A stretch of DNA of 64,000 nucleotides from Patescibacteria group bacterium (GTDB lineage: Bacteria > Patescibacteriota > Patescibacteriia > Buchananbacterales > UBA6539), in the NCBI GenBank assembly GCA_041662625.1, contig JBAZSB010000001.1, positions 791,710 through 855,709 on the forward strand, written 5' to 3'. How positions within the stretch are numbered: position 1 is the first letter of the stretch; every line of letters begins with the position of its first letter. The position numbers were made by a program, and so were the translations under genes. Under the pieces are notes generated by a model. It was not told the DNA's origin and made no database searches. It worked only from the letters and a program-made list of their open reading frames with translations. Shown one piece after another: positions 7,971 through 16,705 of this stretch.

Positions 7971-9851
7971 ATGAAAAAACTTCTATTTCTTCTCCTCTTA
8001 CTCACCCCTTTACTAGCCACAGCCACTGAACCAACCGTGCTAATTAATGAAATCTGTTGGATGGGCACGGAAATCTCCAGCAATGATGAATGGATTGAGC
8101 TTTATAACCCAACTGAAAATGAAATTGATTTAACCGGCTGGACTTTAGAAGCAACTGACGGCAGTCCAAAAATAAATTTGACCGGGATTATTCCAGCGGC
8201 GGGCTATTTTTTGCTGGAACGGACCGATGACGAAACAGTACCGGCAGTTCCGGCCGACCAAATCTACACTGGAGCACTAAGCAATACCAGCGAATGGCTG
8301 AAACTTTATGATACCCAAAATAATCTCATTGATGAAATTGATGCTAGTTCTGGCTGGCCCACTGGTGATAATGCCACCAAACAAACTCTGGAAAGAACAG
8401 CGAATTATAACTGGCAAACCAGTGCTGCTGGTGGCGGCACGCCCAAGGCCAAAAATAGTACCGCCACTTCTGAAACTGAAGAACCTCCTAGCGACGAGCC
8501 GGAAGTAAAGCCAGAGCCAGAAGAAACATCTTCTTCTCCATCGTCTGTCCCGGAAAGTGGGGCGAAAAAAGGTGACATTATTTTCACTGAAATTTTCCCT
8601 AATCCAATTGGCCCCGATACCGTGGGTGAATTTATTGAGATTAAAAATGTCAGTGTCACTAATATTAATTTGACTGATTGGCAAATTAGAAATGCTGCCA
8701 AACAAATTTTTACCATTCCGGCCTGGACAATGACACCAAAAAGTATACTAGTCTTCTATCGCCCCGAAACTAAGTTGGCATTAAATAATGAAAAAGAACA
8801 AATCAAGCTTTATTCGAAATCCGGCTCAATTATTGATCAGATAGAATATAAAGCCGCACCAGATGGCCAAAGTTACCAACTAAGCGATGGCAAATGGTAC
8901 TGGGCGCAAGCTTCAGGGGGCCAAGAAAATATTTACCAAACTTCAATTATACCAAAAGCAATCATTACCGGACCAAAGGAAGCAAAGGTTGGTGAGATTA
9001 TTACTTTCGATGCCTCTGATTCTTTTGATCCAGAAAATCGCCCGTTAAGTTTTTTTTGGGATTTCGGCGACGGCCGGACTGATACTGGCGTTTTGGCCCG
9101 CCAGATTTATCTAGGGCCAGAAAACTACGAAATAAAACTCAAAGTTTCAGCCGATCAGGCAAGTAGCACGGAAAAATTTAAAATAAAAATTACCGGCGAA
9201 AAAAAGGAAGAACAAAAAGATAACTCCGGGTCGGCAACCACAACCGAAGTAACTACCACCCCAATGACTAGCCTAAAAGACATTCCTTTCATTTTTATTT
9301 CCGAATTTTTACCTAATCCCCAGGGTTCAGACGACCAAGAATTTATCGAAATCTTCAGTAATCACACTCAGCCGGTCAACCTGGCGGGCTGGCAGCTTGA
9401 TGATGCCGAAGGCGGCAATAAGCCTTACCAAATCCCGGAAGGAACAATTATCAAACCCGACCAGTATTTAGCTTTCTATAAAACCGAAACTAAAATTTCT
9501 CTAAATAATAGTAATGATGCCATTCGCCTGCTGGCCCCCGACGGCACTTTAGTTGATTATACTGACTACGAAGAAACCGAAGAGGGAGTAAGTTTTGTCT
9601 TGGATGAAGAGTTCAACTGGCAGCCAAGTCAGACACCAACACCGGGTGAAATCAATGTCTTACAACAACCACCTGAAGCTGAGTCAACCACCGCTAGTAC
9701 CAGCACACCAAAAGTTTTAGGTGCCCAACTAAACCAAGAAGACTTACTGACTGAACCGCCGAAAAACAAAAATAAATATATCTTTGCTGGCATTTCTGCC
9801 GTTGTGGTTTTGGGTTTAGGTACGGTTTTAAAGTTAAAAAAGAAAAATTAA
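7971..9851 (+). CDS. secreted/C-terminally anchored protein with three lamin-tail-domain (LTD) repeats and a PKD domain
   Basis: Signal peptide MKKLLFLLLLLTPLLATA; LTD signatures 'PTVLINEICWMG...EWIELYNPTENEIDLTGW', 'GDIIFTEIFPNPIGPDTVGEFIEIKN', 'ISEFLPNPQGSDDQEFIEIFSN...LAGWQLDD'; PKD 'FWDFGDGRTDTG'; C-terminal TM helix + KKKN. Confidence 0.75.
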   Translation: MKKLLFLLLLLTPLLATATEPTVLINEICWMGTEISSNDEWIELYNPTENEIDLTGWTLEATDGSPKINLTGIIPAAGYFLLERTDDETVPAVPADQIYTGALSNTSEWLKLYDTQNNLIDEIDASSGWPTGDNATKQTLERTANYNWQTSAAGGGTPKAKNSTATSETEEPPSDEPEVKPEPEETSSSPSSVPESGAKKGDIIFTEIFPNPIGPDTVGEFIEIKNVSVTNINLTDWQIRNAAKQIFTIPAWTMTPKSILVFYRPETKLALNNEKEQIKLYSKSGSIIDQIEYKAAPDGQSYQLSDGKWYWAQASGGQENIYQTSIIPKAIITGPKEAKVGEIITFDASDSFDPENRPLSFFWDFGDGRTDTGVLARQIYLGPENYEIKLKVSADQASSTEKFKIKITGEKKEEQKDNSGSATTTEVTTTPMTSLKDIPFIFISEFLPNPQGSDDQEFIEIFSNHTQPVNLAGWQLDDAEGGNKPYQIPEGTIIKPDQYLAFYKTETKISLNNSNDAIRLLAPDGTLVDYTDYEETEEGVSFVLDEEFNWQPSQTPTPGEINVLQQPPEAESTTASTSTPKVLGAQLNQEDLLTEPPKNKNKYIFAGISAVVVLGLGTVLKLKKKN

Positions 9852-9854
9852 AAT

Positions 9855-10412
9855 ATGACGGCTAAATCTAAATTAAAACAACCTAAAACGGCCTCTCTAA
9901 TTCCGGCCGAGACAATTACCCAATCAATTTTGTTTATCCGCGGCCAAAAAGTAATGTTTGATGAAACTTTGGCTCAACTTTACGGCGTTAAAACAAAGGT
10001 TCTAAATCAGGCAGTAAAAAGAAATCGTAGTCGGTTTCCTAAAGATTTTATGTTTCAACTAACAAATGAGGAATTAGAAAATTGGAGGTCACAATTTGTG
10101 ACCTCCAATCCGTCAGCAAAAATGGGGCTGAGACGCAAACCTTATGCCTTTACCGAACAAGGTATTGCTATGCTTTCAAGTGTCTTAAATAGTAAACGTG
10201 CTGTTCAAGTTAACATTGAAATTATGAGAACCTTTGTTCGCCTCCGCCAAATGCTGGCTTCGCACCAACAGCTTGGCCGAAAAATGGAAGCTTTGGAAAA
10301 AAGGTATGATCGGCGGTTCAAAATTATCTTTGATGTCCTTCGCCAGCTAATGAAGCCACCGGAACCAAAACCTAAGCCGATTGGCTTTGAAGATCGCCAA
10401 AAAAGAAAGTAA
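9855..10412 (+). CDS. ORF6N-domain protein (KilA-N-like DNA-binding, phage-associated family)
   Basis: 'IRGQKVMFDETLAQLYGVKTKVLNQAVKRNRSRFPKDFMFQLTNEE' is the ORF6N signature. Confidence 0.8.
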   Translation: MTAKSKLKQPKTASLIPAETITQSILFIRGQKVMFDETLAQLYGVKTKVLNQAVKRNRSRFPKDFMFQLTNEELENWRSQFVTSNPSAKMGLRRKPYAFTEQGIAMLSSVLNSKRAVQVNIEIMRTFVRLRQMLASHQQLGRKMEALEKRYDRRFKIIFDVLRQLMKPPEPKPKPIGFEDRQKRK

Positions 10413-10468
10413 CTTAAAACTATTAACAATAAATAATAGAAAAATGAAAAAACGAATCTAACTAATGA

Positions 10469-10497
10469 TTTGACAAATTATTTGAATAAGGGTAAAT
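10469..10497 (+). promoter_or_regulatory. sigma70-like promoter (TTGACA-17-TAAATA) for GC-rich small ORF
   Basis: Read directly; followed by RBS AAAGGAGA and ATG 10552. Confidence 0.4.
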
Positions 10498-10551
10498 AAA
10501 AAAGGGGGCTTACCAAAACCGCACTTAAAAGTAGCGGGGAAAGGAGACGGT

Positions 10552-10788
10552 ATGACTGAAGACAGGCAACTGCCCAAAGACTTGAGACCGGGCGATATCC
10601 TGGTCTTCGATAGCAACACAGAAACACCGGTTCAGGCGGTGGTTGATCGTGGAGGGCCAGACGTCCAGATAATACTGGCCAGCGGGCCACCAGACCGAAG
10701 GAACAATTCCCTCTTTCCTATCACCATTAGCAAAAATGGGAATGGCGGCTTGCGCTATCCCGCCAACATCACCACGGTGAAGCGGTAA
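10552..10788 (+). CDS. small GC-rich hypothetical protein (78 aa)
   Basis: ORF with GGAGA RBS, GC-rich codons, followed by hairpin terminator at 10811-10845. Confidence 0.35.
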   Translation: MTEDRQLPKDLRPGDILVFDSNTETPVQAVVDRGGPDVQIILASGPPDRRNNSLFPITISKNGNGGLRYPANITTVKR

Positions 10789-10869
10789 TTGTTTGCGGAC
10801 TTATCTTATTGTGGCTCAGCCTCGCCTGAGCCCTTTCTTTTTTAAGACTTACTGATATAATAAATATAT

Positions 10870-11043
10870 ATGCTTTTGCTCAACACAAGCGCCAAAACCG
10901 GCTGGTTTCAGCTGGGAATAATAGTGGTAATGACAATTATTAGCTTTTATTTTATCAAAGAAGCTTTTGCCAAAACCCTGATTGAATGGCAAAATGTAAA
11001 TGAACTCCAGCAGACCGAAATCCAAGGAATGTTAGACCAATAG
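10870..11043 (+). CDS. small hydrophobic peptide (57 aa), hypothetical
   Basis: ORF MLLLNTSAKTGWFQLGIIVVMTIISFYFIKEAF... followed immediately by a strong terminator. Confidence 0.25.
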   Translation: MLLLNTSAKTGWFQLGIIVVMTIISFYFIKEAFAKTLIEWQNVNELQQTEIQGMLDQ

Positions 11044-11046
11044 ATT

Positions 11047-11102
11047 AAAAAATCACCCGGCCAAAATATTGTAGAACCATTTTTTGGCCGGGTGATTTTT
11101 TG
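11047..11102 (+). terminator. rho-independent terminator (18-bp stem AAAATCACCCGGCCAAAA/TTTTGGCCGGGTGATTTT + T-run)
   Basis: Perfect inverted repeat read directly; flanked by A-run and T-run (bidirectional). Confidence 0.8.
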
Positions 11103-11214
11103 TTAGAAACAATAGAATTGACAAGGTTAAGAAGAAGGTGTTAATTTAAAATATCCTGACAAAGAGCAGGATGAAGCAGCTAACCATAGGCTCAAACGGA
11201 GGAGGTCAAGACAT

Positions 11215-12264
11215 ATGGATACATCGGTTTACGCCGCCTTTGCAGACGGCACAAGAGTTGAAGAAAAGGTCCTCAGAGTACTAAAGAGGTTCGCGCCCGA
11301 CGGGCACCTCGACGTCCTGGCCTGCGACCAGGACAACTCGTTCCGCTCGATGTTGAAGAAGTTCCACACCAACTGCCGGGCCGCGGGCGGCAGAACCGAG
11401 GATTATCCGGAAGTTCCGGAGGATTTGCATGTAACCATTCTCAGCCGGCTGCTGGCGAGGACATTGGGCCGCGGCCATCACGCCGCCTTGTTCAACCAGC
11501 TTGGCTTCAAGAAAGGCGGGTTCCGCGAGGACCTGGGCGAGGAAACAATGTTGCTCGGCCGTCTCGAGAACACCAAGTTCGCCGATGGACCGGACGGCGG
11601 GCAAGTTGCCCAACTGGCCATCGAGCCTGAAGAAGCCGACCCGTACGTCGACGGTTTCAAGACGCTGGTCAAGGTCGATCCGGCCAAGCCGGCGAGTTGG
11701 GAGGCCAATCTTGCGTGGCTGCGCGACGTTGACGCGCGGTGCAAGGCACTCGGCAAACCGCTATTTAACGAGACCTTGTACACGCCGCCGGCCGATGTCT
11801 CCAAACTCGTGATGGCCCAGAACTTACCCGGCGCCCTGCTGAAAATCGCCCTCGCCTTCGGTCCCTTTGGCACCTTTTACAAAACCCAGGTGCCACTGGC
11901 ATGGGTCGAAGGCGTCGCGGTCGGCCATTCCGGCGGTATCAGAACCAACATCGGCTTCATGGCTGAGCTCATCAAACGCCCGCTGTTGATCCTATCGGCA
12001 GCAGTCGACTTCGACCAGTACGCGCTGCAATTCGCGTCGATTGCCGATTTGGCCGTCGGGCCGATGTGCGGACGGGCCTATTTCAAAGACCCGTTCAGCG
12101 ACCCGGCCGTGAGCAACTGGGAACTGCTCGAGCACGCCATCGCCGAAATCGCCCTGCCGCGCATGAAACTGATCCGCGGCATGATGCAAAATGTCGGCCG
12201 ACCCTGGTGGGCGGACTTCAAGGAAGTATCGCCGGCGGCGAAAACGCTGCTCGGCCTCAGCTAG
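11215..12264 (+). CDS. class I aldolase of the LacD/DUF2090 family (tagatose-1,6-bisphosphate-aldolase-like), GC-rich
   Basis: 'VLACDQDNSFRSML' resembles LacD 'ALAFDQRGALKRMM'; C-terminal 'GPMCGRAYF' resembles LacD 'GVLCGRATW'; strong RBS GGAGGAGG; high GC3. Confidence 0.5.
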   Translation: MDTSVYAAFADGTRVEEKVLRVLKRFAPDGHLDVLACDQDNSFRSMLKKFHTNCRAAGGRTEDYPEVPEDLHVTILSRLLARTLGRGHHAALFNQLGFKKGGFREDLGEETMLLGRLENTKFADGPDGGQVAQLAIEPEEADPYVDGFKTLVKVDPAKPASWEANLAWLRDVDARCKALGKPLFNETLYTPPADVSKLVMAQNLPGALLKIALAFGPFGTFYKTQVPLAWVEGVAVGHSGGIRTNIGFMAELIKRPLLILSAAVDFDQYALQFASIADLAVGPMCGRAYFKDPFSDPAVSNWELLEHAIAEIALPRMKLIRGMMQNVGRPWWADFKEVSPAAKTLLGLS

Positions 12265-12300
12265 GCCCCAAATCCGAGGAGGGCAGAACAATTACAACAA

Positions 12301-12336
12301 CGCCGCGTCGGCTTTCCGATGCGGCGAATTTTTTTA
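12301..12336 (+). terminator. rho-independent terminator after aldolase-like gene
   Basis: CGCCGCGTCGGCTTTCCGATGCGGCG hairpin + AATTTTTTT. Confidence 0.7.
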
Positions 12337-12378
12337 CTTAACTTATTAACTTGCCAACTTACAAACTTAGCAGCTGAT

Positions 12379-14181
12379 CTATTCCCACTCAATCGTGGCG
12401 GGCGGTTTATTGGTTACATCATATAAAACTAAATCAATGCCGGGAATTTGTAAAATCTTTTTCGCTATTTTATCCAAAACTTTTTTGTTCATTTGGTAAA
12501 AATTAACGGTCATGGCTTCCTGTGATTCCACTGGCCGCAAAATTATAGTTTGACCACCTTTTAAACCAAGCGGCGCTAAAACTACCGGGAACTGCCAGAT
12601 GTCATTATAAATTTTTGCTTTTTTAATTTCCTCATTGACCAAAGCATCAACTCGGCGAAGTAAGTCCAACCGGTCTTTAGTCAAATAAGCTTTTTTTACT
12701 TTTAAATTGCTTAACTTAACTTTGGCCGGCGCCACTAAATAAACCACCCGGTTAATCTCATGGACTTCGTTAGTAATTCTGATTGAAAAATCATGAAGTT
12801 TATTCCAATCAAGCGACCCACTGAGTAAAACCGGCTGCCGGTAAGTCCGATTATCGCCCTGCACCCCGACACTTTTGAGCGGTAAAATTATTGATTTCAA
12901 TTTCTGACCAACAATTCTTTGCAGATTGATTTTTTGATTTTTTGATTTTTTGATTTCTTGACCGCTACTGCAAAGCACCCTGATAAACAACCCCGGCCCG
13001 GGAAATGGATGGCGATTAATTAAACTTGCAGGCAAACCCAGTTTTTTGGCTACTTGCCGGACCTCATCTTTGTATAATTCTGACAGCGGCTCAACTAAAG
13101 CACCCAGCCGCATCAGCTTTAAAATTTCTTTGACGCGATTATGATGGGTTTTGATTTTATCCGCATGCTTGGTGCCGCCGGTTTCAATGGTATCGGGATA
13201 AATTGTGCCTTGGCCCAAAACCCAATCTTTGGGCTTAAGGCCATTTTTTTTCATTACTTCATCTTTTATCTGCAAAAACGTCCGGCCGATGATCTCCCGT
13301 TTTTTTTCCGGGTCAACTACGCCTTTCAAAGCTGCCAAAAACTTGGCTGAAGCATCATATACGTGCAAATTACCAAACCCGGCTTGGGCTAAAGCCGTTT
13401 TAACCTGGGCTGACTCATTCAAACGCATGGAACCAGAATCGATATGTAGGCCAAAAACCCGGTTTTTGCCTAAAATTTTCTCCAGCAAGGCAAAACAAAC
13501 TGTCGAATCAACTCCGCCGGAAACCAATAAAAATACGTTACGTTTGCCAACGACAGCTTTAACTTTTTTTACCATCTGACTAAAATATTTTTCCAGCGAC
13601 CAGTCTTTTTGACAGTGGCAAATCTTAAAAACAAAATTACTTAAGACCAACTGACCGGCTTTGGTATGAGCCACTTCGGGATGAAATTGCAGGCCATAAA
13701 TATTTTTACTGGCGCAAGCCATAGCCGCCACATTACAGTCACTAGTCTTAGCGCAATTGATAAAGCCCGGCGGCAACTGCACAACGCTATCACCATGACT
13801 CATCCAAATCCGGCTTTGCTTGGGCACACCGGCTAAAATTCTGCCATCAACAATTTTTTCCAAATTGGCAAAACCATATTCTTTAACTCTGCCTTTCTGG
13901 ACTTTGCCACCCAAATGCTGGGCAACTAATTGATGACCATAGCATAGACCTAAAATCGGCACCTCTAATTTAAATAGTTGTGGATTATATCTTACCGCGG
14001 TTTGGTCATAAACACTATTTGGCCCCCCAGATAAAATTATTCCCCTTACTCCTTTTAATTCTTGAGTAGAAACTAGCGGCGGAAAAATCTTAGCTAAAAC
14101 GCCCAGCTGTCTGATCCGCCGGGTAATTAAATGAGTGTATTGCGAGCCAAAGTCGATAATGGCGATTTGTGATGGCTTCAT
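12379..14181 (-). CDS. guaA: GMP synthase (glutamine-hydrolysing)
   Basis: N-terminal class-I GATase (LGLCYGHQL, HPEV), PP-loop 'LVSGGVDSTV', conserved GMP-synthase C-terminal dimerisation domain; contains Lys-rich insert encoded by (TTTTTTGAT)n tandem repeat at 12925-12960. Confidence 0.9.
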   Translation of the reverse strand: MKPSQIAIIDFGSQYTHLITRRIRQLGVLAKIFPPLVSTQELKGVRGIILSGGPNSVYDQTAVRYNPQLFKLEVPILGLCYGHQLVAQHLGGKVQKGRVKEYGFANLEKIVDGRILAGVPKQSRIWMSHGDSVVQLPPGFINCAKTSDCNVAAMACASKNIYGLQFHPEVAHTKAGQLVLSNFVFKICHCQKDWSLEKYFSQMVKKVKAVVGKRNVFLLVSGGVDSTVCFALLEKILGKNRVFGLHIDSGSMRLNESAQVKTALAQAGFGNLHVYDASAKFLAALKGVVDPEKKREIIGRTFLQIKDEVMKKNGLKPKDWVLGQGTIYPDTIETGGTKHADKIKTHHNRVKEILKLMRLGALVEPLSELYKDEVRQVAKKLGLPASLINRHPFPGPGLFIRVLCSSGQEIKKSKNQKINLQRIVGQKLKSIILPLKSVGVQGDNRTYRQPVLLSGSLDWNKLHDFSIRITNEVHEINRVVYLVAPAKVKLSNLKVKKAYLTKDRLDLLRRVDALVNEEIKKAKIYNDIWQFPVVLAPLGLKGGQTIILRPVESQEAMTVNFYQMNKKVLDKIAKKILQIPGIDLVLYDVTNKPPATIEWE

Positions 14182-14328
14182 ATTATGAATTGATTATATC
14201 GCAGTTTTAGGTTATTATAAAGTAAATTAGAAGGTAGATTGGTAGAACGGTAGGGCTGTAGAGCCTAATTAGTCAGCTACTTACCTACTGATCTACCAAT
14301 CTACTAACCTACTTACCTAAACTATACT

Positions 14329-15408
14329 ATGCGCGAAGCCCTAACTTTTGACGACGTCTTGCTCGTCCCCCAAAAATCCAATGTTTCACCAGGTAAAGTC
14401 TCAACCCAGACTTTTTTAACTAAAAGAATTAAGTTAGATATTCCAATTTTATCTGCCGCCATGGATACGGTGACCGAAAGCCCAATGGCCATTGCTTTAG
14501 CTAAGGCCGGGGGTTTAGGTATTATTCATAAAAACATGACGGCTCAACAGCAGGCCAGTGAAGTTAAAAAAGTTAAAGCCAAAAAACTGCTGTGCGGCGC
14601 TTCAGTTTCAGTTGGTGACGAAGCAATTGCCCGAGCAAAACTTTTAGCCGCCGCAGGAGTTGACGCCATTGTTATTGATGTGGCTCACGGCCATTACTAT
14701 AAAGTAGCGGAAACTATCAAAGCTTTGAAAAAACTGATTGGCAAAAAAGTTGTCATTATCGGCGGCAATGTTGCCACTGGCCAAGCCACCTCTGACTTAA
14801 TCAAAGCCGGAGTTGATGTGGTTAAAGTCGGCGTCGGTCCAGGTTCAATTTGCACCACCCGAATCATTGCCGGCATTGGCGTGCCCCAGCTGACCGCGGT
14901 CATGGATGCGGTGGCGGCCGCCAGAAAAACCAAAACTCCGATTATTGCTGATGGCGGCATTAAATTCTCTGGTGACCTAGTTAAAGCTTTGGCCGCCGGA
15001 GCCAGTGCGGTGATGCTTGGCGGACTTTTGGCCGGAACTGACGAAGCACCCGGTAAACTGTTAACTGTTAACGGTCAACGGGTAAAAACTTACCGCGGCA
15101 TGGGCTCAATTGATGCCATGCAAAAAGGCAGCAAAGACCGCTATTTGCAAGGCGACAAAAGCGGCAAAGAACTGATTGCCGAAGGCGTGGTCGGCCACGT
15201 GCCTTATAAAGGTTCAGTTGATAACGTGATTAGCCAATTGATCGGCGGGCTGCGGCAGGGCTTAGGCTACTGCGGTTCTAAAGATATTACCGAACTTTGG
15301 AAGAAAGCTGAATTTGTCAAAATTTCACCAGCTGGTCTGAAAGAAAGCCATCCGCACAGTCTGCAGCAAATCAAAGAAGCACCAAATTATAGAAGCGAAT
15401 TTATATAA
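14329..15408 (+). CDS. guaB: IMP dehydrogenase-like enzyme lacking the CBS subdomain
   Basis: Catalytic loop '[14 protein letters not shown]', flap 'GSKDRYLQ...[10 protein letters not shown]' typical of IMPDH and not GMP reductase; no CBS pair; divergent from guaA. Confidence 0.8.
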   Translation: MREALTFDDVLLVPQKSNVSPGKVSTQTFLTKRIKLDIPILSAAMDTVTESPMAIALAKAGGLGIIHKNMTAQQQASEVKKVKAKKLLCGASVSVGDEAIARAKLLAAAGVDAIVIDVAHGHYYKVAETIKALKKLIGKKVVIIGGNVATGQATSDLIKAGVDVVKVGVGPGSICTTRIIAGIGVPQLTAVMDAVAAARKTKTPIIADGGIKFSGDLVKALAAGASAVMLGGLLAGTDEAPGKLLTVNGQRVKTYRGMGSIDAMQKGSKDRYLQGDKSGKELIAEGVVGHVPYKGSVDNVISQLIGGLRQGLGYCGSKDITELWKKAEFVKISPAGLKESHPHSLQQIKEAPNYRSEFI

Positions 15409-15430
15409 AATTAAAATTGCCTTTAAATAA

Positions 15431-15481
15431 AAGAAACAGTCTGTCCTTACTGCCTCCTTGCTTTCAGACAGACTGTTTTTC
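15431..15481. terminator. bidirectional rho-independent terminator between guaB and the pilin gene
   Basis: 12-bp stem AAACAGTCTGTC/GACAGACTGTTT with U-runs on both strands. Confidence 0.8.
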
Positions 15482-15525
15482 AAATTGTGCCTTGGGAAGG
15501 GTCTGGCGCACGACGCTACTCGGCG

Positions 15526-15951
15526 CTACTCTTTGGCGGGTTCGCTGTCGGCCTTGGCTGGATTGTGCATATTCTGCCGAACGGTACCGGATTGGTCGAC
15601 ATAGAAGAAGCGATTGCCCGTCTCGCTATCAGCTACGGGTTCGGCCGTGGCAGCAAAGTTGTCGCCGCTACCCGTCAGATCGAACTTGTAGCCCCTCTTT
15701 TGTGCTACCTGATTCCCATCGAGGAACGGCGGCGTAGCCGCAGTTAGCTCTTCGAGAGTGCTGGCGTACTTGCCGTTGGTGGACTTGAAAGCCTGTTGGG
15801 CCCCAACGACGGCACGCAGACTGCCGATCGCAGCGGCTTCATTCGATTGCATCCGCGACCGGAGCAGGTTGGGGATCGCGATCGCCGCGATGATCGCAAT
15901 AATCGCAACAACAATCATCAACTCAATCAGTGTGAACCCGTTCTTTCTCAT
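15526..15951 (-). CDS. type IV pilin / pseudopilin (prepilin-type N-terminal cleavage-methylation domain), GC-rich
   Basis: 'MRKNGFTLIELMIVVAIIAIIAAIAIP' class-III signal peptide; RBS GGAGGA; high GC3. Confidence 0.8.
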   Translation of the reverse strand: MRKNGFTLIELMIVVAIIAIIAAIAIPNLLRSRMQSNEAAAIGSLRAVVGAQQAFKSTNGKYASTLEELTAATPPFLDGNQVAQKRGYKFDLTGSGDNFAATAEPVADSETGNRFFYVDQSGTVRQNMHNPAKADSEPAKE

Positions 15952-16159
15952 GTAGTGTCCTCCATTCTATTCGAGGCGCTATGGCCTCACCCAATTGCTG
16001 GCGTGATTCGCCGGATTGGCAAATCAAACTCGCCAAGCTTCTAAAGACATTAGCAAAAGTCCACTATCTTGTCAAAGGTCTTTTGGCGTATTCATCAAAT
16101 ATAAAAGAAGGTAACCTTGGTTAAGCTACCTTCTCTATTATTTTATTACCTATTTAAAT

Positions 16160-16672
16160 TTATTCGCCCAAAATCAAAGTCTGAATGATACTGAAACCAG
16201 TTTTATCTTCTGGGATGCTGGTACCGACTGTTGCTGACCACTTGTCTTTTTTAAACACTAAAACCGTATTGCCATTAACAGTTGAATCCATTTGTTTTTC
16301 CCAGCCAGCCGCAGCAAAAGCCTCCTTATAGTAATTTATGATTTCTTCTTGACTGTTATTAGTATTGATGGCCATGGTAAAACTTCTGCCACCGGGTAAA
16401 TCCAAAACTGAAGAATTTTCAATTGTGCCATTTTGATAATAAGGCACTTCGCTCGGCCAGCCCTCCGGTAAAGTATTATTGCTTTTGACCGAAATAATAT
16501 TACCATCCTTATCCTTAATAGTTGTTTCTTCATCATTGATATTAATGTTCGCACCAGTTTTGGTCTCAACATACTTCTCAGCAGCTTTTTGGCCTAAACT
16601 TTTACCACAACCAAAAAGCACAAGCGTCAAAACCACTATAATCCCCAAAAATAATGTTTTTTTACTAAGCAT
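16160..16672 (-). CDS. putative lipoprotein, function unknown
   Basis: Signal peptide with lipobox 'LVLFGCG'. Confidence 0.5.
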   Translation of the reverse strand: MLSKKTLFLGIIVVLTLVLFGCGKSLGQKAAEKYVETKTGANININDEETTIKDKDGNIISVKSNNTLPEGWPSEVPYYQNGTIENSSVLDLPGGRSFTMAINTNNSQEEIINYYKEAFAAAGWEKQMDSTVNGNTVLVFKKDKWSATVGTSIPEDKTGFSIIQTLILGE

Positions 16673-16705
16673 AGATTTTTATCTTAATTTTAAAATTCAC
16701 TAATT

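Noticed and set aside
11281-11873. Antisense ORFs (110, 131, 103 aa) within the GC-rich aldolase-like gene
   Set aside because: Typical stop-codon-poor antisense frames of GC-rich DNA. They have no RBS and are nested in a better-supported gene.
12925-12960. Tandem TTTTTTGAT repeats resembling a short array
   Set aside because: Lies inside guaA and encodes a Lys-rich insert. It has no spacer/repeat architecture and is not CRISPR. No CRISPR array is present anywhere in the window.
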